A stretch of DNA of 64,000 nucleotides from Longimicrobiales bacterium (GCA_965249725.1 CBDFMQ010000002.1:512001-576000); one strand, 5' to 3'. Shown: positions 39,341 through 49,665, counted from the first letter of the stretch. The notes: generated from the sequence alone by a model not told the origin. Numbers and translations: made by a program.

Positions 39341-40633
39341 CTAGGGTCGTTCCCGCTCGGATCGCGCGAACTCCCGCCACCCGATATCGCTACGGAATTG
39401 CTTACCCTCGAAGTCGATGGCCGCGGCCGCCGCTCGGCTCTTGGCTGCCGCCTGGCTCAGGGTCGCTCCGAGACCGGTGGCGGCGATCACTCGTCCACCG
39501 GAGGTCTCGAGACCGTCCGGACCCATACGGGTGCCTGCGTGGAAGAGCAGCACGTCGGGGTCCGACGCCAGGCTGTCCGGGATATCGATGGGTCGGCCCT
39601 TCTCGTAGGGGCCCGGATACCCCTCCGCGGCGACCACGGTCGTGAGGGCCGCCCGATCACTCGACTCCAGGGTGGCACCACCCAGCCCCCCGCCCCTTGC
39701 GATCTCCAGCATGGGGTCCAACAGGGAAGACTCCAGCAAGGGCAGGACCACCTGGGTCTCGGGGTCACCGAAGCGGCAGTTGAACTCGACGACGCGAGGC
39801 CCTTGCTCAGTGAGCATGAGGCCGGCATAGAGCAGTCCCCGGAACTCGGAGTCGTCCTCAGCCATGGCCGCGAGGGTAGGGCGGATGACGCGATCGAGGG
39901 CCTCGGACAAGAGTTCAGGCGTCGACAGAGCCACCGGAGCATACGCTCCCATGCCTCCCGTGTTTGGTCCCGTATCCCCTTCGCCGACCCGCTTGTGGTC
40001 CTGCGATGGGAGCATCAAGAGGGCGTCCTGTCCGTCCGCCAGGGCGAAGACCGAGAGCTCTTCGCCGTACATGAACTCCTCGATCACGACCTCTCGCCCG
40101 GCCTCGCCGAAGACGCGGTCCGTCATCATGCGATCAAGGGTGTCGAGAGCGTCTTCAACGGTTTCGCAGACCACCGCACCCTTACCGGCGGCCAGTCCCG
40201 AAGCCTTCACGACCACGGGTGCGCCGCCGTCCTTCACGTAGTTTGCGGCCTCCTCCGGGTCGCTGAAGGCGGCAAATCCCGCCGTGGGCACACCGGCCCT
40301 CTGCATGAGTTCCTTGGCGTAGACCTTGCTCGACTCGATACGAGCCGCGGCCTTGGTGGGACCGAACACGGGCACTCCGTTTCGGGCCAGGCGGTCGGCG
40401 AGCCCCGCCGCCAAGGGCGCCTCGGGTCCGACGACCGTGAGGTCGATCTCTTGAGCCATGGCCCAGCCCGCCAGGGCCTCGACGTCGCCCGGGGCGATTT
40501 CGAGGGTCTCCACCGCACCGACCATGCCCCCGTTGGGCTGGGTCACGAAGATGGTGGCGTCCGGTGCGTCCCTCTGGAGCTTCCAGGCCAGGGTGTGTTC
40601 CCGACCTCCATTTCCAACGATGAGGATGCGCAT
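39341..40633 (-). CDS. purD: Phosphoribosylamine-glycine ligase
   Basis: GNGGREH, VGPEAPL, GLAAGKG, GPNTGGMGAY and EFNCRFGDPE motifs. Confidence 0.97.
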   Translation of the reverse strand: MRILIVGNGGREHTLAWKLQRDAPDATIFVTQPNGGMVGAVETLEIAPGDVEALAGWAMAQEIDLTVVGPEAPLAAGLADRLARNGVPVFGPTKAAARIESSKVYAKELMQRAGVPTAGFAAFSDPEEAANYVKDGGAPVVVKASGLAAGKGAVVCETVEDALDTLDRMMTDRVFGEAGREVVIEEFMYGEELSVFALADGQDALLMLPSQDHKRVGEGDTGPNTGGMGAYAPVALSTPELLSEALDRVIRPTLAAMAEDDSEFRGLLYAGLMLTEQGPRVVEFNCRFGDPETQVVLPLLESSLLDPMLEIARGGGLGGATLESSDRAALTTVVAAEGYPGPYEKGRPIDIPDSLASDPDVLLFHAGTRMGPDGLETSGGRVIAATGLGATLSQAAAKSRAAAAAIDFEGKQFRSDIGWREFARSERERP

Positions 40634-40650
40634 GGCATCAGTCTAGCGCC

Positions 40651-40686
40651 AAAAAAAGAACGGGCAACCGGTCGCCCGATTGCCCG
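40651..40686 (-). terminator. Intrinsic terminator after the M48 gene, overlapping a candidate leaderless purD promoter
   Basis: Minus strand CGGGCAATCGG-GCGA-CCGGTTGCCCG then TTC and T7; also TTGCCC-N16-TAGACT-N6-ATG. Confidence 0.75.
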
Positions 40687-40727
40687 ATTTCTCAGGTCCT
40701 CGTAGGGACCCGAGACGTCGCCGGTCG

Positions 40728-41747
40728 TTAGCCTTTAGCTCCTCCCATGATGTCGTCCGCCATACGCTTTGCGGCTCCGGTCACCTGCCCGAAGAGATCC
40801 TTGGCGCCCTGCGCGTAGGCCTGCGCGGCCTCGCTCAAGTCCTGCTTGTAAGCCGGGTCGGGGTCGCCACGATGCTGGTACTCACCGCGGATGATGCGGT
40901 CGTACTCTCCCTCTTCGATCCACGAGCGGATTTCGGCGACGCGCAGCACATAGAAGGGATGGCTCTGTCCCATCAGGTTGAGAACCTTGAAAACCTGGTC
41001 GGCCATATCGCCCGACTCCCGGTACTCCTCGGCCTGGATGATGAACTCGTCCAGGTTCATCTCATCGTCGTCTCCGCCACCCGCCATCTTGAGCATGGTG
41101 TTCATGACCCCCTGCGGGTTCTGCACGGAGAGCAGACCCGCACGGTCACTGGAGAGCTCACTCTTCCGTGACCACTCCAGGAGCGCCACGAGTACAGCCC
41201 GGGCCGCCAGGCCCACGATCGGAAAGCCCATCCCGGCCAGCTGAATGAGGATCTGCGTCATCGTCCGGTAGAGGACGTGATCACTCATGATGTGGCCCAA
41301 CTCGTGACCCATCACGTACGACAATTGCTCGTCGTCCAGAAGCTTGACCGTGCCCGAGTTCAGGATGATGAACGGCTCGTCCATCCCGTACGCACCGGCG
41401 TTCACAATGGGCGTTTGGGAGACGAAGAGCGGATAGTCCTCGGGCGCATCCAGGGTCTGGAGAACGTCCTCGTACAGGCGCTTGACCCTGGGAAACTGAC
41501 GGTCCGAGACCCGGACCGAGTTCGCCAGGAACGCCAAGCGAATCGGCTTCTCGCCGAAGAACCCGAAGAGCTTCCGCAGCACGTCGTCGAAGACGGGGAT
41601 CTTCCGCAGGGCCGCCAGGGCCGCGCGGTCCGCAGGGTGCTCCCAGGCGCGGGGAGCGATGTCGGTCAGGATGCGACGCGCACGTGCATTCTCTCCGTCT
41701 CCGCCGTTCTCGCCGTTGCCGTTCTCTTGGTCGTTTTCACCAGCCAT
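40728..41747 (-). CDS. M48-family (HtpX/Ste24-like) zinc metallopeptidase
   Basis: WEHPADRAAL, GHELGH, SELSSDRAG and SHPF motifs. Confidence 0.9.
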   Translation of the reverse strand: MAGENDQENGNGENGGDGENARARRILTDIAPRAWEHPADRAALAALRKIPVFDDVLRKLFGFFGEKPIRLAFLANSVRVSDRQFPRVKRLYEDVLQTLDAPEDYPLFVSQTPIVNAGAYGMDEPFIILNSGTVKLLDDEQLSYVMGHELGHIMSDHVLYRTMTQILIQLAGMGFPIVGLAARAVLVALLEWSRKSELSSDRAGLLSVQNPQGVMNTMLKMAGGGDDDEMNLDEFIIQAEEYRESGDMADQVFKVLNLMGQSHPFYVLRVAEIRSWIEEGEYDRIIRGEYQHRGDPDPAYKQDLSEAAQAYAQGAKDLFGQVTGAAKRMADDIMGGAKG

Positions 41748-41809
41748 GGATCTCTATCTCCTTGTGTCCTCGCCGCTACGGCCGGAGGCCGCCGCGTTCT
41801 TATCGGCTG

Positions 41810-41836
41810 TACGCGGCTCCCCCGGGAGAAGTTTCA
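41810..41836 (-). promoter_or_regulatory. Second ECF (SigW-like) promoter, upstream of the M48 protease
   Basis: TGAAAC-N17-CGTA; its TGA doubles as the stop codon of the upstream gene. Confidence 0.65.
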
Positions 41837-42991
41837 GGCCAGGGCCTGGTCCAGGTCGTCGATCAGATCGCTGAGATCTTCGATGCCGACCGAGAGTCGC
41901 ACCAGCCCCTCCGTGACCCCCATGGCCTCTCGGAGGTCCTTGGGCACGGAGGCGTGAGTCTGAAGCGCCGGTATGCTGATCAAGGACTCCACACCGCCCA
42001 GACTCTCGGCAAGCTGGAACACTCGAGTGCCCGTGGCAAGGGCCCGTGCTTGGTCGGGATCGCCCAGGTCGAGCGCCACCATTCCCGTGAACCCCGACAT
42101 CTGTCGGTGAGCCAACTCGTGTTGTGGATGGGACTCGAGGCCGGGATAGATGACACGCCTCACGGCGGCATGTTCTTCGAGGTGGCGCGCCACCGCCAGA
42201 CCGTTTGCGTTGTGCCTTTCCATTCGGACATGGAGGGTCTTGGTCCCCCTCAAGCAGAGCCATGCATCCATGGGTCCGGGGACGGCTCCCGTGGATTTCC
42301 GCACGAAGTGAATGTCCTCGGCGAGTTCGTCGTCGTTGACCACGAGGATGCCACCGATGATGTCCGAGTGGCCGTTCAGGTACTTGGTGGAAGAGTGGAC
42401 CGTAACATCGGCTCCCGACTCGAGAGGCCGCTGATTGAAGGGCGACGCGAACGTGTTGTCCACCATGAGGAGCGCACCCCCTTCATGCGCGATCTCGGCC
42501 GCGGCGGTCAGGTCGCAGATGCGCATCAGCGGGTTGGTCGGCGTCTCGACATGGACGAGTTTGGTGTTCGGTCGCATGGCCTCCCGGATACGGCCGGGAT
42601 CACGCGTATCCACGAACGAGAACTCGAGCCCCAGCTTGTCGAGGACGCGCTTGAACATGCGAGTCACGCCCCCGTACGTGTTCTCCTCGCTGACGATGTG
42701 ATCCCCGGCGGAGAGGCGTTTCACGACCGACTCGATGGCGGAGAGCCCACTCGCGAAGGCGATCCCGTGCTTGCCCCCCTCGAGGGCGGCCACGTTCCGC
42801 TCCAGGGCTTCGCGAGTCGGGTTCTGCACACGCGCGTAGTCGTATCCCTTCTTGGGTTTGGCGACGTCGGGCTGGACGTAGGTGGAGGTCTGGAAGATCG
42901 GAGGCATGATGGCTCCGGTCTCGGGCTCCGGCTCTTGTCCGGCGTGGATGGCGAGCGTCCCGAATCGGGCTCCGTCCCACGATTTCGTCAT
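41834..42991 (-). CDS. Cystathionine gamma-synthase/lyase (trans-sulfuration PLP enzyme)
   Basis: PPIFQTSTY, ETPTNP, VDNTFASP, SSTKYLNGHSD and AESLGGVESL motifs. Confidence 0.93.
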   Translation of the reverse strand: MTKSWDGARFGTLAIHAGQEPEPETGAIMPPIFQTSTYVQPDVAKPKKGYDYARVQNPTREALERNVAALEGGKHGIAFASGLSAIESVVKRLSAGDHIVSEENTYGGVTRMFKRVLDKLGLEFSFVDTRDPGRIREAMRPNTKLVHVETPTNPLMRICDLTAAAEIAHEGGALLMVDNTFASPFNQRPLESGADVTVHSSTKYLNGHSDIIGGILVVNDDELAEDIHFVRKSTGAVPGPMDAWLCLRGTKTLHVRMERHNANGLAVARHLEEHAAVRRVIYPGLESHPQHELAHRQMSGFTGMVALDLGDPDQARALATGTRVFQLAESLGGVESLISIPALQTHASVPKDLREAMGVTEGLVRLSVGIEDLSDLIDDLDQALA

Positions 42992-43228
42992 GCACTCCTC
43001 ACGATCGGTGATATCGGATGCACCTGCGCCAGGTCTTCCTTCACCGGAGTCGAGCTGGAGCCGGCGAAGGAGAACCCGTTGTCGGCCGAAATGTACCCGA
43101 CGCCACGTGTACAGTGCCAGCGCGCATCGTTGACGGTCTTCCAGTAAGTCTCGATAGTCTAACAGCGGTACTCACGGCCCGGTTGCCCGGGCATTTCTTC
43201 CCGATCTTCGCATCAACACCGGTGGCGT

Positions 43229-44617
43229 ATGCCCCTGACGATTCCAGATGGGCTGGTAGTGAGTGTGTCCGGATTCCGGGGCCGGGTCGGTGATCCGCTC
43301 ACCCCTGAACTCGTCTGCGCGCTCGCCGCTGCGTTCGGCGCTTTCCTGAAGAGCACGGGAAGCGGGAGCGAGGTCCTCATCGGGCGCGACACGCGGACCT
43401 CGGGAAGCATGCTGGCCGGTGCCGCGGCTTCGGGTCTGGTTTCGGTGGGTAGCGATGTAGTCGATCTGGGCATCGTCGCTACACCGACACTCATGCTTGA
43501 GGTGGGGAGGGGCGCCGCCACGGCCGGGGGGATCGAGGTGACCGCGAGTCACAATCCCGCCGAATGGAATGCGCTCAAGTTCGCGGCACCGGAGGGCACC
43601 TTCCTGGATGCGGAGACCATGGCCGCCTTCCTCGATTTCGCGTTGAAGGGCGAAGTTGCGCGGGCCCCCTGGGACCAGCTCGGGGAGGTGCGGGAGGACG
43701 GCGGCGCGACCGAGCGTCACCTCGGAGCCGTTCTGGCGTTGCCGTTGCTGGACGCAGCTGCCGTCAGCGCACGGAATCTCACGGTCGCCCTCGACTGCGT
43801 CCGCGGCGCGGGCGCGGCCCTCATGGTCCCCCTGCTCGAGGCTCTCGGTTGCCGGGTCGTCGCGATCAACACCGAGATGGATGGCCACTTTCCCAGGGAT
43901 CCGGAGCCTACGGCCGACAACCTCGGCGAGTTGTGTGACTTGGTGCGTTCCCAGCAGGCCGATCTCGGGTTGGCCGTGGACCCCGATGTAGATCGACTCT
44001 CCTTGGTGAACGAGATGGGGGAGGCGCTTGGGGAAGACCTGACGTTGGCGTTGTCCTCCGCTGCCGTCCTCCGTCGAACCCCCGGAACGGTGGTAACAAA
44101 CCTCTCGACCAGCCAGGCCGTGGAGGACGTCGCGAGCGCTCACGAGAGTACGGTGGTACGGGCGCCCGTGGGAGAGATCAACGTGGCCCGTCGCATGCAG
44201 GCCGAGGAGGCGGTGATCGGAGGCGAGGGCAACGGGGGTGTCATTCTCCCGGAACTCCACCACACCCGCGATGCAGCCGTGGCGGCGGCACTAATCCTGC
44301 AGAATCTGGTAGATGAAGGCTCATCTCTCTCTGAGGCTGCCGGTCGGTGGCCGTCGTACGACATCGTAAAGAAGAAGGTCAGCTTTCCCCGGGAGTCTCT
44401 TGCCGACGCCTATGGGGCGCTCGAGGAGGATCTCGGTGGCGACGGACTCGACCGGTCCGACGGTCTCCGGCTGAGTTGGTCGGGTCGCAAGGCGTGGCTT
44501 CATGTGAGGCCGTCGGGCACCGAGCCCGTGGTTCGGCTCATCGCCGAAGCCGCGGACCGGAGCGAGGCCGACGAGTTGGTAGCACGCGCAGCACGCATTC
44601 TCGAAGGAGTGATCTAA
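43229..44617 (+). CDS. glmM: Phosphoglucosamine mutase
   Basis: TASHNP, DPDVDR, GGEGNGG and RPSGTEP motifs; upstream of glmS. Confidence 0.85.
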   Translation: MPLTIPDGLVVSVSGFRGRVGDPLTPELVCALAAAFGAFLKSTGSGSEVLIGRDTRTSGSMLAGAAASGLVSVGSDVVDLGIVATPTLMLEVGRGAATAGGIEVTASHNPAEWNALKFAAPEGTFLDAETMAAFLDFALKGEVARAPWDQLGEVREDGGATERHLGAVLALPLLDAAAVSARNLTVALDCVRGAGAALMVPLLEALGCRVVAINTEMDGHFPRDPEPTADNLGELCDLVRSQQADLGLAVDPDVDRLSLVNEMGEALGEDLTLALSSAAVLRRTPGTVVTNLSTSQAVEDVASAHESTVVRAPVGEINVARRMQAEEAVIGGEGNGGVILPELHHTRDAAVAAALILQNLVDEGSSLSEAAGRWPSYDIVKKKVSFPRESLADAYGALEEDLGGDGLDRSDGLRLSWSGRKAWLHVRPSGTEPVVRLIAEAADRSEADELVARAARILEGVI

Positions 44618-44649
44618 CAGTGACTCTCGGATTCCTGGACTAGCCCTAT

Positions 44650-46488
44650 ATGTGCGGAATCGTCGGATATGTGGGATCCAAGGAGGCCGGTCCGATCCTT
44701 GTCGAGGGCCTGCGTCGGCTGGAGTACCGCGGGTACGACTCGGCCGGGGTGGCGGTCATCGGAGAGGATGGATGCCTTCGGACGGTGAAGCAGGCCGGAA
44801 AGCTCAGGGAACTGGAGCGGTTTCTCGAGACTGAGATGCCCTCGGGCACCTGCGGAATCGCCCATACCCGTTGGGCTACCCACGGGGCCCCGAACCAACC
44901 GAACGCTCATCCCCACTGGAGTCGCGCCGGTGACATCGCGTTGGTCCACAACGGGATCTTCGAAAACGCCGGCCTGCTACGCAACAAGCTGACGGACCTG
45001 GGCTATGTGTTCGAGACGGAGACCGATACCGAGGCGGTCGTGCACCTGATCGACGAGGCGTTTCAGGAGAACGAAACGCTGGAGGGCGCGGTCGTTGCGG
45101 CGCTCCATCAGGTCGAGGGCGCCTACGGAATTGCGGTGGTCAGCAGTCGCGATCCGGGCAAGATCGTGGTCGCCCGAAACGGCAGCCCTCTCCTCGTGGG
45201 GGTCGGCAAGAACGGGGAGAACCTGGTCGGTTCCGACGCGTCCGCGGTGATCCAGCACACCAAGGACGTCATCTACCTGGACGAGGGCGACTGTGCCGTA
45301 CTGACCGCCGAGGAATATCGGGTCTTCCATCTGCAGCACGGTGACGTGAGCCGCTCCATCCACCAGGTGGACTGGGACCTAGAGGCTGCCGAGAAGGCCG
45401 GGTACGACCACTTCATGCTGAAGGAGATCTGCGAGCAGCCGACGAGCCTACGGGACGTCATGCGTGGTCGGCTCCTCGAAGAAGAGGGAGACGCGCGGCT
45501 CGGCGGTATCACGTTGACGGACGAGGATCTCTCACGGATCAAGCGCATCGTGATTACGGCGTGCGGTACCAGTTGGCACGCCGCCCTGATCGGCGAGTAC
45601 ATGCTCGAGGAGCTCGCGGGGATTCCGGTTGAGGTGGAGTACGCCTCCGAGTTCAGATACCGGAGTCCGGTCATCGAGCCGGGGACGCTGGTTCTGGCCA
45701 TCAGTCAGTCGGGTGAGACCGCCGACACGCTCGCCGCGCTACGGGAAGCGAGGGCGCGGGGTGCCCCTACCATGGGGATCGTGAACGTGGTCGGATCGAG
45801 TATCGCCCGTGAGACCGACTTCGGTTTGTACCTCCACGTCGGTCCGGAAATCGGAGTGGCTTCGACGAAGGCCTTCACCAGTCAGATCGTGGCCCTCGCG
45901 CTGTTCACCCTTTATCTGGGTCGTCGTCGGCAGCTCTCCAACGTTCAGGGGCGGGAGATCGTCGCTGCCCTGCAGGCGTTGCCCGAACAGGTGGCCGAGA
46001 CCCTGAAGCTGGACTCCGTGATCAGGAAGCTTGCCTCGGACGACGCTCACTCTCAGAACTTCCTGTATCTGGGCCGGGGGTACCAATTTCCGGTGGCTCT
46101 CGAGGGAGCACTCAAGCTCAAAGAGGTGAGCTACATCCACGCCGAGGGCTACCCGGCAGCCGAGATGAAGCACGGGCCCATCGCCCTCATCGACGAGAAC
46201 ATGCCCGTGGTCGTCCTGGCGCCCCGAGACGCGGTGTACGGCAAGGTGGTCTCGAACATCGAAGAGGTGAGCGCGCGCAACGGGCGGATCATCGCCGTCG
46301 TGAGCGACGAGGCTCCGGAGTTGGTCGCCAAGGTGGACCACATCATCCAGGTGCCGCAGACCATTCCGTGCCTGCTGCCCGTCCTCACGTCGATCCCTCT
46401 ACAGCTTCTCGCCTACCACGCGGCCATCCAACGCGGCTGTGACGTCGACCAGCCCCGCAACCTGGCCAAGTCCGTCACGGTGGAGTGA
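44650..46488 (+). CDS. glmS: Glutamine-fructose-6-phosphate transaminase
   Basis: MCGIVG, HTRWATHG, SQSGETADT and PRNLAKSVTVE motifs. Confidence 0.98.
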   Translation: MCGIVGYVGSKEAGPILVEGLRRLEYRGYDSAGVAVIGEDGCLRTVKQAGKLRELERFLETEMPSGTCGIAHTRWATHGAPNQPNAHPHWSRAGDIALVHNGIFENAGLLRNKLTDLGYVFETETDTEAVVHLIDEAFQENETLEGAVVAALHQVEGAYGIAVVSSRDPGKIVVARNGSPLLVGVGKNGENLVGSDASAVIQHTKDVIYLDEGDCAVLTAEEYRVFHLQHGDVSRSIHQVDWDLEAAEKAGYDHFMLKEICEQPTSLRDVMRGRLLEEEGDARLGGITLTDEDLSRIKRIVITACGTSWHAALIGEYMLEELAGIPVEVEYASEFRYRSPVIEPGTLVLAISQSGETADTLAALREARARGAPTMGIVNVVGSSIARETDFGLYLHVGPEIGVASTKAFTSQIVALALFTLYLGRRRQLSNVQGREIVAALQALPEQVAETLKLDSVIRKLASDDAHSQNFLYLGRGYQFPVALEGALKLKEVSYIHAEGYPAAEMKHGPIALIDENMPVVVLAPRDAVYGKVVSNIEEVSARNGRIIAVVSDEAPELVAKVDHIIQVPQTIPCLLPVLTSIPLQLLAYHAAIQRGCDVDQPRNLAKSVTVE

Positions 46489-46513
46489 GCCTTCGCACTG
46501 AAGTGGTGTTGCA

Positions 46514-46954
46514 ATGAGAGTGGTGTTGCAGCGCGTGAGCGAAGCCAGGGTGGTCGCGGACGGCCGCGTCGTCGGTGAAATCGGTATCGGACACCTGCTC
46601 CTGGTGGCGTTCACTCAGGGAGACGAGGTGGCCCAATCCGAGTGGATGGCGGACAAGATCGTGGGACTCCGCGTGTTCAACGACGACGACGGCAAAATGA
46701 ACCGCGACCTCGAGGACGTCGGTGGGGCCCTGCTCGTGGTGAGCCAATTCACGCTCTACGGCGACACCAAGAAGGGGCGGCGTCCGAGTTTCGTCCATGC
46801 GGCGCCGCCGGAGGTCGCGATTCCGCTGTACGAGGAGTTCGTCGAACTCCTCGAAGCCCGAATCCCGGGGCGTGTCGCCACCGGTGAGTTCGGCGCCATG
46901 ATGGAGATATCGCTCGTGAACGATGGACCCGTCACCCTGGTGCTCGAGAGATGA
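46514..46954 (+). CDS. dtd: D-aminoacyl-tRNA deacylase
   Basis: MRVVLQRV, SQFTL and NDGPVT motifs. Confidence 0.97.
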   Translation: MRVVLQRVSEARVVADGRVVGEIGIGHLLLVAFTQGDEVAQSEWMADKIVGLRVFNDDDGKMNRDLEDVGGALLVVSQFTLYGDTKKGRRPSFVHAAPPEVAIPLYEEFVELLEARIPGRVATGEFGAMMEISLVNDGPVTLVLER

Positions 46955-47559
46955 GCGGTGCTCCGGCTCTGGTCCTGGCGTCGGCGTCTCCGAGGCGCAG
47001 GGAATACCTCGCCATGTTGGGCCTGAAGTTCGCGGTCGAGCCGACCCACATCCTGGAGGAGGTCCTCGCGGGGGAGACCCCGGAGGAGCACGTCGAGCGT
47101 CTGTCCCGGGAAAAGGCCAAGGCAGCAGCGTTGATCAGACCCGAGGCTGCCGTGCTCGGCGGAGATACCGTGGTCGTGCTAGACGGTGAGATCTTGGGCA
47201 AGCCCGCGGACCCCGCGGACGCTGAGAGGATGCTCTGCCGTCTCCAGGGTCACTCACACATTGTGGCGAGCGGCCTCGCGCTGGCCCTCCCGTCCGGAGA
47301 AATCCGTAGCGGCGTCGCGACGACCGAGGTCACGTTGCGCTCTTTTCGGCCCGAGATCGCCCGTGCCTACGTGGAGACCGGAGAGCCTCTCGACAAGGCC
47401 GGTGCGTACGGCATCCAAGGGCTCGGAGCCGCGCTGGTGAGCGGAATTCGCGGCGACTACTTTACGGTCGTTGGCCTTCCGATCCCCCTTCTCATGAGTC
47501 TCTTCGAGGAGTGCGGTTGGGAGTACTCCTTCGGTCCTCTCCACGCTGACGGCACATGA
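46951..47559 (+). CDS. maf: Maf family nucleoside triphosphate pyrophosphatase
   Basis: LASASPRR, DTVV, LGKP and DKAGAYGIQG motifs. Confidence 0.95.
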   Translation: MSGAPALVLASASPRRREYLAMLGLKFAVEPTHILEEVLAGETPEEHVERLSREKAKAAALIRPEAAVLGGDTVVVLDGEILGKPADPADAERMLCRLQGHSHIVASGLALALPSGEIRSGVATTEVTLRSFRPEIARAYVETGEPLDKAGAYGIQGLGAALVSGIRGDYFTVVGLPIPLLMSLFEECGWEYSFGPLHADGT

Positions 47560-49052
47560 GCAAGACCGCTTCCATCCTTGCCATCGACCAGGGCACGACC
47601 GGCTCCACCTGCCTGGTTATTTCTCGCGACGGCCGGGTGCTCGGGCGGGCCTATTCGGAGTTCACGCAGCACTTTCCCAGGCCCGGATGGGTGGAGCACG
47701 ACGCCGAGGAGATCTGGGACGTCACCCGGGGTGTGGCGCGTGAAGCGCTCGCTTCGGCGACCGAAGCGGATGTTCAGGGCATCGGGATCACCAATCAGCG
47801 AGAAACGGTGGTCCTCTGGGATCGGGCGACCCTGGAACCGGTGAGCCGAGCCATCGTGTGGCAGGATCGCCGCACCTCCGATTTGTGTGCGACGCTCAAG
47901 GACGCAGGGCACGAGGAAGAGGTGAGGCGTCGCACAGGGCTGGTCATGGACCCCTATTTCTCCGGCACCAAGCTCACGTGGCTCTTCCGGGAACGTCCGG
48001 ACCTGCTGGCTCGCGCCGAGGCGGGGGAGCTGGCGGTCGGTACGATCGACACGTGGCTGATCACACGTCTAACCCGGGGAGCGGTGCACGCTACCGACCC
48101 CACCAACGCCTCGCGCACACTGCTGTACAATCTGACCGAGGCTTCGTGGGACCCGTGGCTACTCGATCTTCTGGGCGTGCCGGAGTCGCTGCTGCCTGAG
48201 GTACGACCGAGTAGCGGTGACTTCGGAGTCGGTGGCGGCGAGGCACTGGGAATCGAGGCGCCGATTTTGGGCGTGGCGGGCGACCAACAGGCGGCGCTGT
48301 TCGGGCAAGGCTGCTGGTCGGCGGGACTGGCCAAGAACACCTACGGAACGGGTGCTTTTCTGCTCATGCACACAGGAACGGACATCGTGCCGTCGTCTCA
48401 CGGGCTGCTGACGACGGCCGCCTGCGACTCCGAAGGCGGCCTCGCGTTCGCTCTTGAGGGCTCGGTGTTCATCGCGGGTGCCGCGCTCCAATGGCTCCGC
48501 GACGGCCTCGGGGTACTCGAGAACGCGGCCGAGTCGGGCCAGATGGCGTCCGGGCTGGCCGGCAACGACGGTGTGTATTTCGTACCGGCTTTCGTAGGAC
48601 TCGGTGCGCCGCACTGGGTACCGGATGCGCGAGGAGCGGTCTTCGGGCTCACCCGCGGGACGTCGAAGGAGCACTTGGTACGTGCGGCGCTCGAGGCGAT
48701 GGCGTATGGCACGGGCGAGCTGATCGGGGCCATGGAGGCTGATTCGTCTGTGGTCATGACCGAGCTCAGGGTCGACGGTGGAGCCGCGAACAACGACTGG
48801 CTCATGAACTTTCAGGCCGGTGTATTGGGGGTTCCGGTAAGGCGCCCGGCAACGGTGGAGACCACGGCTCTCGGTGCCGCCGGTCTGGCAGGGTTGGCCT
48901 CGGGGGTCTGGGCGACGGCGGACGAATTCCTCGCGGCTCAGGGCGAAGGGGAGGTTTTCAACCCGTCGTTGGATGCCTCGGAGAGGAGCTTGCTCCTCGA
49001 CGGTTGGGCGCGGGCGGTGCGCACGGTGAAGACATGGGCGGGCGATCGGTAG
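47556..49052 (+). CDS. glpK: Glycerol kinase
   Basis: IDQGTTGS, ITNQRET, YFSGTK, GDQQAALFG and LRVDGG motifs. Confidence 0.96.
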   Translation: MSKTASILAIDQGTTGSTCLVISRDGRVLGRAYSEFTQHFPRPGWVEHDAEEIWDVTRGVAREALASATEADVQGIGITNQRETVVLWDRATLEPVSRAIVWQDRRTSDLCATLKDAGHEEEVRRRTGLVMDPYFSGTKLTWLFRERPDLLARAEAGELAVGTIDTWLITRLTRGAVHATDPTNASRTLLYNLTEASWDPWLLDLLGVPESLLPEVRPSSGDFGVGGGEALGIEAPILGVAGDQQAALFGQGCWSAGLAKNTYGTGAFLLMHTGTDIVPSSHGLLTTAACDSEGGLAFALEGSVFIAGAALQWLRDGLGVLENAAESGQMASGLAGNDGVYFVPAFVGLGAPHWVPDARGAVFGLTRGTSKEHLVRAALEAMAYGTGELIGAMEADSSVVMTELRVDGGAANNDWLMNFQAGVLGVPVRRPATVETTALGAAGLAGLASGVWATADEFLAAQGEGEVFNPSLDASERSLLLDGWARAVRTVKTWAGDR

Positions 49053-49236
49053 CGCCACTCTGTAGGGGATGCCCCTAGGAAAACCGCACCTCTTTGTGGG
49101 GGATGGCCCGATTGGAGTGTGGGAAGGGCTCCGATATTAGGGTTTTGGGGGTCACAGGAGGTTTGCCGGCCCCTTCGGGGGCCCTATATTTGCCGGAGCC
49201 GCAGGTTGTCCGTCGACCCCATGAAGGGGGCCTCAG

Positions 49237-49665
49237 GTGAAAAAGAACCACAGATTCTTCGTTGGTCTCGCAGGTGTGGCCACCGTAGTCACATATCTCA
49301 TCTGGACGGGCGTGAGCCAAACGATGTTGTATTACCTCACGCCCAATGAGCTCCTCGCTCGGGTGAAGGACGACCCGACGTTCCACGAAGTGGGCGTGAA
49401 GGTGAGCGGCCGGATCGTGCCCGGCTCTTGGGAACGGTCCCGGGAGGGAACGCCGCATCGTTTCAGAGTCGCCGACTTGGAGGACGAGACCAGCAGCTTC
49501 CTCGTCGAATACGACGACATGCTGCCCGATACCTTCAACGATCACGAGAACGTCGACGCGGTCGTCGAGGGACGTTTCCGAGCAGACGGGGTCTTCGAGG
49601 CCACGCTCGTTCTGACCAAGTGCGGTAGCCGCTACGAGGCGACACCCGAGGAACTCGCAGGGTGA
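49237..49665 (+). CDS. ccmE: Cytochrome c maturation heme chaperone CcmE (CxxxY variant)
   Basis: N-terminal TM, YYLTP, PDTF, VVEG and KCGSRY in place of KHDENY. Confidence 0.9.
   Translation: MKKNHRFFVGLAGVATVVTYLIWTGVSQTMLYYLTPNELLARVKDDPTFHEVGVKVSGRIVPGSWERSREGTPHRFRVADLEDETSSFLVEYDDMLPDTFNDHENVDAVVEGRFRADGVFEATLVLTKCGSRYEATPEELAG

Noticed and set aside
42992..43228. SAM-I riboswitch upstream of the trans-sulfuration gene
   Set aside because: Only an isolated GGCAACC-like word is present. The ATC..GAG..GAGGGA core and a terminator are not evident.
44618..44649. glmS ribozyme
   Set aside because: The intergenic gap is only 32 nt, too short for the ribozyme.
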